Assembly: GCA_002189035.1 (NCBI GenBank)
Contig: NEEC01000147.1
Span: 1-39,936, forward strand
Direction: 5' to 3'
Source: Utricularia gibba
Taxonomy: Eukaryota > Plantae > Magnoliophyta
Length of the DNA: 39,936 nt
The notes under the pieces were generated by a model, which made no database searches, was not told where the DNA came from, and saw only the letters and a list, made by a program, of their open reading frames with translations. The position numbers were made by a program, and so were the translations under genes. Numbering within the stretch: position 1 is the stretch's first letter; each line of letters opens with the position of its first letter. Shown here piece after piece: positions 25,201-37,200 of the stretch.

Positions 25201-28200
25201 AAGACCGCCTGCTCAAGTATAAAGTAAGTTGTTGAAAAAATCATGTGGGGTGCACGTGACATCATAATTTAAACAAATGCATCAATCATCCCATTACAGA
25301 ATCACCAAGTTCCAGCGAGACTGGCCGCCACAAAACGAGAAGCGTTCCTTGAAAAACCATGTAGGCATGAGTAATGACTGCAAGCCAAACATTACCTTTG
25401 TCCCGTTCCAGGTGCACCCAAAGACCGCCTGCTCAAGTATAAAGTAAGTTGTTGAAAAAATCATGTGGGGTGCACGTGACATCATAATTTAAACAAATGC
25501 ATCATTTTTTTTAATCGATTTGCATCCAGTTGACCTCATGAGCCATACAGAATCGGGGTCAAGGACCAAGTTCCCAGCGAGACTGGCCGCCACAAAACGA
25601 GAAGCGTTCCTTGAAAAACCATGTAGGCAGCCCCGAAAACCGAACGATAATAAATACATCACTTTATTTGCCGGACTACAACTAACTCTCGGTGCAAGCC
25701 AAACATTACCTTTGTCCCGTTCCAGGTGCACCCAAAGACCGCCTGCTCAAGTATAAAGTAAGTTGTTGAAAAAATCATGTGGGGTGCACGTGACATCATA
25801 ATTTAAACATCATTTTTTTTAATCGATTTGCATCCAGTTGACCTCATGAGCCATACAGAATCGGGGTCAAGGACCAAGTTCCCAGCGAGACTGGCCGCCA
25901 CAAAACGAGAAGCGGTGTAGGCAGCCCCCGAAAACCGAACGATAATAAATACATCACTTTATTTGCCGGACTACAACTAACTCTCGGTGCAAGCCAAACA
26001 TTACCTTTGTCCCGTTCCAGGTGCACCCAAAGACCGCCTGCTCAAGTATAAAGTAAGTTGTTGAAAAAATCATGTGGGGTGCACGTGACATCATAATTTA
26101 AACAAATGGGGTCAAGGACCAAGGACCAAGTTCCCAGCGAGACTGGCCGCCACAAAACGAGAAGCGGTTCCTTGAAAAACCATGTAGGCAGCCCCCGAAA
26201 ACCGAACGATACATCACTTTATTTGCCGGACTACAACTAACTCTCGGTGCAAGCCAAACAGGTTGCTCAAGTATAAAGTAAGTTGTTGAAAATCCTGACA
26301 TCATGTCCCGTACAGAATCCAGGTGCATCATTTTTTTTAATCGATTTGCATCCAGTTGACCTCATGAGCCATACAGAATCGGGGTCAAGGACCAAGTTCC
26401 CAGCGAGACTGGCCGCCACAAAACGAGAAGCGGTTCCTTGAAAAACCATGTAGGCAAGTAAGTTGTTGAAAAAACCGCCTGCTCAAGTATAAAGTAAGTT
26501 GTTGAAAAAATCATGTGCACGTGACATCATAATTTAAACAAATGCATCATTTTTTTTAATCGATTTGCATCCAGTTGACCTCATGAGCCATACAGAATCG
26601 GGGGACCAAGTTCCCAGCGAGACTGGCCGCCACAAAACGAGAAGCGGTTCCTTAGCGAGACTGGCCGCCAAACATTACCTTTGTCCCGTTCCAGGTGCAC
26701 CCAAAGACCGCCTGCTCAAGTATAAAGTAAGTTGTTGAAAAAATCATGTGGGGTGCACGTGACATCATAATTTAAACAAATGCATCATTTTTTTTAATCG
26801 ATTTGCATCCAGTTGACCTCATGGCCATACAGAATCGGGGTCAAGGACCAAGTTCCCAGCGAGACTGGCCGCCACCGAACGATAATAAATACATCACTTT
26901 ATTTGCCGGACTACAACTAACTCGGTGCAAGCCAAACATTACCTTTGTGTCCAGGTGCACCCAAAGACCGCCTGCTCAAGTATAAAGTAAGTTGTTGAAA
27001 AAATCATGTGGGGTGCACGTGACATCATAATTTAAACAAATGCATCCGCATCCAGTTTCATTATTAAGTTGTCAAGTTGTGGGGTGAGCGTACAGAATCG
27101 GGTCCAAGGACCAAGTTCCAGCGAGACTGGCCGCCACAAAACGAGAAGCGGTTCCTTGAAAAAACATGTAGGCAGCCAAACCCCGTCCAAAACCGAACGA
27201 CGTGACATAAATACATCACTTTATTTGCCGGACTTGACAACCATACATAACTCTCGGTGCAAGCAGCAAACAACGATAATAATACATCATTTATTTGTAC
27301 AACAACGTTCCAGGTGCACCCAAAGACCGCCTGCTCAAGTAAAGTAAAGTAAGTTTTTGAAAAATCATGTGGTGCACACGACATCATAATTTTAAAAATG
27401 CATCATTTTTTTTAAATCGATTGCATCCCAGTTGACCTCATGAGCCACAGAATCGGGGTCAAGGACCAAGTTCCCCAGACGAGACGGTTCCTTGAAAAAC
27501 CATGCAGCGCCAACAAAACATCACTTTATTTGAGAAGCGGTTCCAGGTGCACCCAAAGACCGCCTGCTCAAGTATAAAGTAAGTTGTTGAAAAAATCATG
27601 TGGGGTGCACGTGACATCATAATTTAAACAAATGGCAGCCCCCGAAGGACCACCCAGCGAGACGACAAAACGAGAAGCGGTTCCTTGAAAAACCATGTAG
27701 GCAGCCCCGAAAACCGAACGATAATAAATACATCACTTTATTTGCCGGACTACAACTAACTCTCGGTGCAAGCCAAACATTACCTTTCCCCGTTCCAGGT
27801 GCACGCCAAAGATCCGCCTGCTCAAGTATAAAGTAAGTCATGAAAAAATCATGTGACATCACGTGACATCAAATTTAAAGAAATGCATCATTTTTTTTTA
27901 ATCCATTGACATCCAGAGACCATCAGAAGCCATACAGAATCGGGTCAAGGACCAAGACTGGCAGCGAGACTGGCGAGCCAGCGAAACGAGAAGCGGTTCC
28001 TTGAAAAACCATGTAGGCACCCCCGAAAACCGAACGATACAACTAAATACATCACTTCATATAAAGCATGTGGGGTGCACGTGACATCATAATTTAAACA
28101 AATGCATCATTTTTTTTAATCCATTTGACCTCCCATACAGTCGGGGTCAAGGACAAGTTCCCAGCGAGACTGGCACCGAGAAGCAAAGTACCCCCGAAAA

Positions 28201-31200
28201 CCGAACGATGCTCAAGTATAAAGTAAGTTGTTGAAAAAATCATGTGGGGTGCACGTGACATCATAATTTAAACAAATGCATCATTTTTTTTAATCGATTT
28301 GCATCCAGTTGACCTCATGAGCCATACAGAATCGGGTCAAGGACCAAGTTCCCAGCGAGACTGGCCGCCACAAAACGAGAAGCGGTTCCTTGAAAAACCA
28401 TGTAGGCAGCCCCGAAAACCGAACGATAATAAATACATCACTTTATTTGCCGGACTACAACTAACTCTCGGTGCAAGCCACAAAACGAGAAGCGTGGGGT
28501 TCCTTGAAAAACCATGTAGGCAGCCCCAAGTTCCCAGCGAGACTGGCCGCCACAAAACGAAAGCGGTTCCTTGAAAAACCATGTAGGCAGCCCCCGAAAA
28601 CCGAACGATAATAAATACATCACTTTATTTGCCGGACTACAACTAACTCTCGGGCAAGCCAAACATTACCTTTGTCCCGTTCCAGGTGCACCCAAGACCG
28701 CCTGCTCAAGTATAAAGTAAGTTGTTGAAAAAATCATGTGGGGTGCACGTGACATCATAATTTAAACAAATGCATCATTTTTTTTAATCGATTTGCATCC
28801 AGTTGACCTCATGAGCCATACAGAATCGGGTCAAGGACCAAGTTCCCAAGACTGGCCGCCACAAAACGAGAAGCGGTTCCTTGAAAAACCATGTAGGCAG
28901 CCCCCGAAAACCGAACGATAATAAATACATCACTTTATTTGCCGGACTACAACTAACTCTCGGTGCAAGCCAAACATTACCTTTGTCCCGTTCCAGGTGC
29001 ACCCAAAGACCGCCTGCTCAAGTATAAAGTAAGTTGTTGAAAAAATCATGTGGGGTGCACGTGACATCATAATTTAAACAAATGCATCATTTTTTTTAAT
29101 CGATTTGCATCCAGTTGACCTCATGAGCCATACAGAATCGGGGTCAAGGACCAAGTTCCCAGCGAGACTGGCCGCCAAAAACGAGAAGCGGTTCCTTGAA
29201 AAACCATGTAGGCAGCCCCCGAAAACCGAACGATAATAAATACATCACTTTATTTGCCGGACTACAACTAACTCTCGGTGCAAAAACTTACCTTTGTCCG
29301 TTCCATGCACCCAAAGACCGCCTAAGTATAAAGTAAGTTGTTGAAAAAAATCATGTGGGGTGCACGTGACATCATAATTTAAACAAATGCATCATTTTTT
29401 TTAATCGATTTGCATCCAGTTGACCTCATGAGCCATACAGAATCGGGGTCAAGGACCAAGTTCCCAGCGAGACTGGCCGCCACAAAACGAGAAGCGGTTC
29501 CTTGAAAAACCATGTAGGCAGCCCCGAAAACCGAACGATAATAAATACATCACTTTATTTGCCGGACTACAACTAACTCTCGGTGCAAGCCAAACTTACC
29601 TTTGTCCGTTCCAGGTGCCCCAAAGACCGCCTGCTCAAGTATAAAGTAAGTTGTTGAAAAAATCATGTGGGGTGCACGTGACATCATAATTTAAACAGGT
29701 GCACCCAAAGACCGCCTGCTCAAGTATAAAGTAAGTTGTTGAAAAAATCATGTGGGGTGCACGTGACATCATAATTTAAACAAATGCATCATTTTTTTTA
29801 ATCGATTTGCATCCAGTTGACCTCATGAGCCATACAGAATCGGGGTCAAGGACCAAGTTCCCAGCGAGACTGGCCGCCACAAAACGAGAAGCGGTTCCTT
29901 GAAAAACCATGTAGGCAGCCCCGAAAACCGAACGATAATAAATACATCACTTTATTTGCCGACTACAACTAACTCTCGGTGCAAGCCAAACATTACCTTT
30001 GTCCCGTTCCAGGTGCACCCAAAGACCCTGCTCAAGTATAAAGTAAGTTGTTGAAAAAATCATGTGGGGTGCACGTGACATCATAATTTAAACAAATGCA
30101 TCATTTTTTTTAATCGATTTGCATCCAGTTGACCTCATGAGCCATACAGAATCGGGGTCAAGGACCAAGTTCCCAGCGAGACTGGCACAAAACGAGAAGC
30201 GGTTCCTTGAAAAACCATGAGGCAGCCCCGAAAACCGAACGATAATAAATACATCACTTTATTTGCCGGACTACAACTAACTCTCGGTGCAAGCCAAACA
30301 TTACCTTTGTCCCGTTCCAGGTGCACCCAAAGACCGCCTGCTCAAGTATAAAGTAAGTTGTTGAAAAAATCATGTGGGGTGCACGTGACATCATAATTTA
30401 AACAAATGCATCATTTTTAATCGATTTGCATCCAGTTGACCTCATGAGCCATACAGAATCGGGGTCAAGGACCAAGTTCCCAGCGAGACTGGCCGCCACA
30501 AAACGAGAAGCGTTCCTTGAAAAACCATGTAGGCAGCCCCGAAAACCGAACGATAATAAATACATCACTTTTTGCCGGACTACAACTACTGGGCAAGCCA
30601 AGCCTTTGTCCGGTTCCAGTGCACCCAAAGACCGCCTGCTCAAGTCATGTGGGGTGCACGTGACATCATAATTTAAACAAATGCATCATTTTTTTTAATC
30701 GATTTGCATCCAGTTGACCTCATGAGCCATACAGAATCGGGGTCAAGGACCAAGTTCCCAGCGAGACTGGCCGCCACAAAACGAGAAGCGGTTCCTTGAA
30801 AAACCATGTAGGCAGCCCCCGAAAACCGAACGATAATAAATACATCACTTTATTTGCCGGACTACAACTAACTCTCGGTGCAAGCCAAACATTACCTTTG
30901 TCCCGTTCCAGGTGCACCAAAGACCGCCTGCTCAAGTATAAAGTAAGTTGTTGAAAAAATCATGTGGGGTGCACGTGACATCATAATTTAAACAAATGCA
31001 TCATTTTTTTTAATCGATTTGCATCCAGTTGACCTCATGAGCCATACAGAATCGGGGTCAAGGACCAAGTTCCCAGCGAGACTGGCCGCCACAAAACGAG
31101 AAGCGTTCCTTGAAAAACCATGTAGGCAGCCCCCGAAAACCGAACGATAATAAATACATCACTTTATTTGCCGGACTACAACTAACTCTCGGTGCAAGCC

Positions 31201-34200
31201 AAACATTACCTTTGTCCCGTTCCAGGTGCACCCAAAGACCGCCTGCTCAAGTATAAAGTAAGTTGTTGAAAAAATCATGTGGGGTGCACGTGACATCATA
31301 ATTTAAACAAATGCATCATTTTTTTTAATCGATTTGCATCCAGTTGACCTCATGAGCCATACAGAATCGGGTCAAGGACCAAGTTCCCAGCGAGACTGGC
31401 CGCCACAAAACGAGAAGCGGTTCCTTGAAAAACCATGTAGGCAGCCCCCGAAAACCGAACGATAATAAATACATCACTTTATTTGCCGACTACAACTAAC
31501 TCTCGGTGCAAGCCAAACATTACCTTTGTCCCGTTCCAGGTGCACCCAAAGACCGCCTGCTCAAGTATAAAGTAAGTTGTTGAAAAAATCATGTGGGGTG
31601 CACGTGACATCATAATTTAAACAAATGCATCATTTTTTTTAATCGATTTGCATCCAGTTGACCTCATGAGCCATACAGAATCGGGGTCAAGGACCAAGTT
31701 CCCAGCGAGACTGGCCGCCACAAAACGAGAAGCGTTCCTTGAAAAACCATGTAGGCAGCCGAAAACGAACGATAATAAATACATCACTTTATTTGCCGGA
31801 CTACAACTACTGGGCAAGCCAAACATTTTTTCCCGTTCCAGTGCACCCAAAACCGCCTGCTCAAGTATAAAGTAAGTTGTTGAAAAAATCATGTGGGGTG
31901 CATGACATCATAATTTAAACAAATGCATCATTTTTTTTAATCGATTTGCATCCAGTTGACCTCATGAGCCATACAGAATCGGGGTCAAGGACCAAGTTCC
32001 CAGCGAGACTGGCCGCCACAAAACGAGAAGCGGTTCCTTGAAAAACCATGTAGGCAGCCCCGAAAACCGAACGATAATAAATACATCACTTTATTTGCCG
32101 GACTACAACTAACTCTCGGTGCAAGCCAAACTTACCTTTGTCCCGTTCCAGGTGCACCCAAAGACCGCCTGCTCAAGTATAAAGTAAGTTGTTGAAAAAA
32201 TCATGTGGGGTGCACGTGACATCATAATTTAAACAAATGCATCATTTTTTTTAATCGATTTGCATCCAGTTGACCTCATGAGCCATACAATCGGGTCAAG
32301 GACCAAGTTCCAGCGAGACTGGCCGCCAAAACGAGAAGCGGTTCCTTGAAAAACCATGTAGGCAGCCCCCGAAAACCGAACGATAATAAATACATCACTT
32401 TATTTGCCGACTACAACTAACTCTCGGTGCAAGCCAAACATTACTTTGTCCGTTCCAGTGCACCCAAAGACCGCCTGCTCAAGTATAAAGTAAGTTGTTG
32501 AAAAAATCATGTGGGGTGCACGTGACATCATAATTTAAACAAATGCATCATTTTTTTTAATCGATTTGCATCCAGTTGACCTCATGAGCCATACAGAATC
32601 GGGTCAAGGACCAAGTTCCCAGCGAGACTGGCCGCCAAAAACGAGAAGCGGTTCCTTGAAAAACCATGTAGGCAGCCCGAAAACCGAACGATAATAAATA
32701 CATCACTTTATTTGCCGGACTACAACTAACTCTCGGTGCAAGCCAAACATTACCTTTGTCCGTTCCAGGTGCACCCAAAGACCGCCTGCTCAAGTATAAA
32801 GTAAGTTGTTGAAAAAATCATGTGGGGTGCACGTGACATCATAATTTAAACAAATGCATCATTTTTTTTAATCGATTTGCATCCAGTTGACCTCATGAGC
32901 CATACAGAATCGGGGTCAAGGACCAAGTTCCCAGCGAGACTGGCCGCCACAAAACGAGAAGCGGTTCCTTGAAAAACCATGTAGGCAGCCCCCGAAAACC
33001 GAACGATAATAAATCATTTTATTTGCCGGACTACAACTAACTCTCGGTGCAAGCCAAAATTACCTTTGTCCCGTTCCAGGTGCACCCAAAGACCGCCTGC
33101 TCAAGTATAAAGTAAGTTGTTGAAAAAATCATGTGGGGTGCACGTGACATCATAATTTAAACAAATGCATCATTTTTTTTAATCGATTTGCATCCAGTTG
33201 ACCTCATGAGCCATACAGAATCGGGGTCAAGGACCAAGTTCCCAGCGAGACTGGCCGCCACAAAACGAGAAGCGGTTCCTTGAAAAACCATGTAGGCAGC
33301 CCCCGAAAACGAACGATAATAAATACATCACTTTATTTGCCGACTACAACTAACTCTCGGTGCAAGCCAAACATTACCTTTGTCCCGTTCCAGGTGCACC
33401 CAAAGACCGCCTGCTCAAGTATAAAGTAAGTTGTTGAAAAAATCATGTGGGGTGCACGTGACATCATAATTTAAACAAATGCATCATTTTTTTTAATCGA
33501 TTTGCATCCAGTTGACCTCATGAGCCATACAGAATCGGGTCAAGGACCAAGTTCCCAGCGAGACTGGCCGCCACAAAACGAGAAGCGGTTCCTTGAAAAA
33601 CCATGTAGGCAGCCCCGAAAACCGAACGATAATAAATACATCACTTTATTTGCCGACTACAACTAACTCTCGGTGCAAGCCAAACATTACCTTTGTCCGT
33701 TCCAGGTGCACCAAAGACCGCCTCAAGTATAAAGTAAGTTGTTGAAAAAATCATGTGGGGTGCACGTGACATCATAATTTAAACAAATGCATCATTTTTT
33801 TTTAATCGATTTGCATCCAGTTGACCTCATGAGCCATACAGAATCGGGTCAAGGACCAAGTTCCCAGCGAGACTGGCCGCCACAAAACGAGAAGCGGTTC
33901 CTTGAAAAACCATGTAGGCAGCCCCGAAAACCGAACGATAATAAATACATCACTTTATTTGCCGGACTACAACTAACTCTCGGTGCAAGCCAAACATTAC
34001 CTTTGTCCGTTCCAGGTGCACCAAAGACCGCCTGCTCAAGTATAAAGTAAGTTGTTGAAAAAATCATGTGGGGTGCACGTGACATCATAATTTAAACAAA
34101 TGCATCATTTTTTTTAATCGATTTGCATCCAGTTGACCTCATGAGCCATACAGAATCGGGTCAAGGACCAAGTTCCCAGCGAGACTGGCCGCCACAAAAC

Positions 34201-37200
34201 GAGAAGCGTTCCTTGAAAAACCATGTAGGCAGCCCCGAAAACCGAACGATAATAAATACATCACTTTATTTGCCGGACTACAACTAACTTAAGCCAAACA
34301 TTACTTTGTCCGGTTCCAGGTGCACCCAAAGACCGCCTGCTCAAGTATAAAGTAAGTTGTTGAAAAAATCATGTGGGTGCACGTGACATCATAATTAAAA
34401 AACAAATGCATCATTTTTTTTAATCGATTTGCATCCAGTTGACTCATGAGCCATACAGAATCGGGGTCAAGGACCAAGTTCCCGAGACTGGCCGCACAAA
34501 ACGAGAAGCGGTTCCTTGAAAAACATGTAGGCAGCCCCCGAAAACGAACGATAATAAATACATCACTTTATTTGCCGGACTACAACTAACTCTCGGTGCA
34601 AGCCAAACATTACCTTTGTCCCGTTCCAGGTGCACCCAAAGACCGCCTGCTCAAGTATAAAGTAAGTTGTTGAAAAAATCATGTGCCGCCACAAAACGAG
34701 AAGCGGTTCCTTGAAAAACCATGTAGGCAGCCCCCGAAAACCGAACGATAATAAATACATCACTTTATTTGCCGGACTACAACTAACTCTCGGTGCAAGC
34801 CAAACATTACCTTTGTCCCGTTCCAGGTGCACCCAAAGACCGCCTGCTCAAGTATAAAGTAAGTTGTTGAAAAAATCATTGGGGTGCACGTGACATCATA
34901 ATTTAAACAAATGCATCATTTTTTTTAATCGATTTGCATCCAGTTGACCTCATGAGCCATACAGAATCGGGTCAAGACCAAGTTCCCAGCGAGAAAACGA
35001 GAAGCGGTTCCTTGAAAAACCATGTAGGCAGCCCCCGAAACCGAACGATAATAAATACATCACTTTATTTGCCGGACTACAACTAACTCTCGGTGCAAGC
35101 CAAACATTACCTTTGTCCCGTTCCAGGTGCACCCAAAGACCGCCTGCTCAAGTATAAAGTAAGTTGTTGAAAAAATCATGTGGGGTGCACGTGACATCAT
35201 AATTTAAACAAATGCATCATTTTTTTAATCGATTTGCATCCAGTTGACCTCATGAGCCATACAGAATCGGGGTCAAGGACCAACCAGCGAGACTGGCCGC
35301 CACAAAACGAGAAGCGGTTCCTTGAAAAACCATGTAGGCAGCCCCCGAAAACCGAACGATAATAAATACATCACTTTATTTGCCGGACTACAACTAACTC
35401 TCGGTGCAAGCCAAACTTACCTTTGTCCCGTTCCAGGTGCACCCAAAGACCCTGCTCAAGTATAAAGTAAGTTGTTGAAAAATCATGTGGGTGCACGTGA
35501 CATCATAATTTAAACAAATGCATCATTTTTTTAATCGATTTGCATCCAGTTGACCTCATGAGCCATACAGAATCGGGTCAAGGACCAAGTTCCCAGCGAG
35601 ACTGGCCGCCACAAAACGAGAAGGTTCCTTGAAAAACCATGTAGGCAGCCCCGAAAACCGAACGATAATAAATACATCACTTTATTTGCCGGACTACAAC
35701 TAACTCTCGGTGCAAGCCAAACATTACCTTTGTCCCGTTCCAGGTGCACCCAAAGACCGCCTGCTCAAGTATAAAGTAAGTTGTTGAAAAAATCAGTGCA
35801 CGTGACATCATAATTTAAACAAATGCATTTTTTTAATCGATTTGCATCCAGTTGACCTCATGAGCCATACAGAATCGGGGTCAAGGACCAAGTTCCCAGC
35901 GAGACTGGCCGCCACAAAACGAGAAGCGGTTCCTTGAAAAACCATGTAGGCAGCCCCCGAAAACCGAACGATAATAAATACATCACTTTATTTGCCGGAC
36001 TACAACTAACTCTCGGTGCAAGCCAAACATTACCTTTGTCCCGTCCAGGTGCACCCAAAGACCGCCTGCTCAAGTATAAAGTAAGTTGTTGAAAAAATCA
36101 TGTGGGGTGCACGTGACATCATAATTTAAACAAATGCATCATTTTTTTTAATCGATTTGCATCCAGTTGACCTCATGAGCCATACAGAATCGGGTCAAGG
36201 ACCAAGTTCCCAGCGAGACTGGCCGCACAAAACGAGAAGCGGTTCCTTGAAAAACCATGTAGGCAGCCCCCGAAAACCGAACGATAATAAATACATCACT
36301 TTATTTGCCGGACTACAACTAACTCTCGGTGCAAGCCAAACTTTGTCCCGTTCCAGGTGCACCCAAAGACCGCCTGCTCAAGTATAAAGTAAGTTGTTGA
36401 AAAATCATGTGGGTGCACGTGACATCATAATTTAAAAAATGCATCATTTTTTTAATCGATTTGCATCCAGTTGACCTCATGAGCCATACAGAATCGGGTC
36501 AAGGACCAAGTTTCCAGCGAGACTGGCCGCCACAAAACGAGAAGCGGTTCCTTGAAAAACCATGTAGGCAGCCCCCGAAAACCGAACGATAATAAATACA
36601 TCACTTTATTTGCCGGACTACAACTAACTCTCGGTGCAAGCCAAACCCTTTGTCCCGTTCCAGGTGCACCCAAAGACCGCCTGCTCAAGTATAAAGTAAG
36701 TTGTTGAAAAAATCATGTGGGGTGCACGTGACATCATAATTTAAACAAATGCATCATTTTTTTTAATCGATTTGCATCCAGTTGACCTCATGAGCCATAC
36801 AGAATCGGGTCAAGGACCAAGTTCCCAGCGAGACTGGCCGCCACAAAACGAGAAGCGTTCCTTGAAAAACCATGTAGGCAGCCCCCGAAAACCGAACGAT
36901 AATAAATACATCACTTTATTTGCCGGACTACAACTAACTCTCGGTGCAAGCCAAACATTACCTTTGTCCCGTTCCAGGTGCACCCAAAGACCGCCTGCTC
37001 AAGTATAAAGTAAGTTGTTGAAAAAATCATGTGGGTGCACGTGACATCATAATTTAAACAAATGCATCATTTTTTTAATCGATTTGCATCCAGTTGACCT
37101 CATGAGCCATACAGAATCGGGGTCAAGGACCAAGTTCCCAGCGAGACTGGCCGCCACAAAACGAGAAGCTTTCCTTGAAAAACCATGTAGGCAGCCCCGA

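Noticed and set aside
21221-28210. Foreign or unique insertions within the scrambled tracts (e.g. 21221-21280, 23690-23940, 27040-27310)
   Set aside because: On inspection they decompose into short pieces of the monomer. I see no terminal inverted repeats, target-site duplications, LTR ends or poly(A) tails, so there is no evidence for a mobile element.
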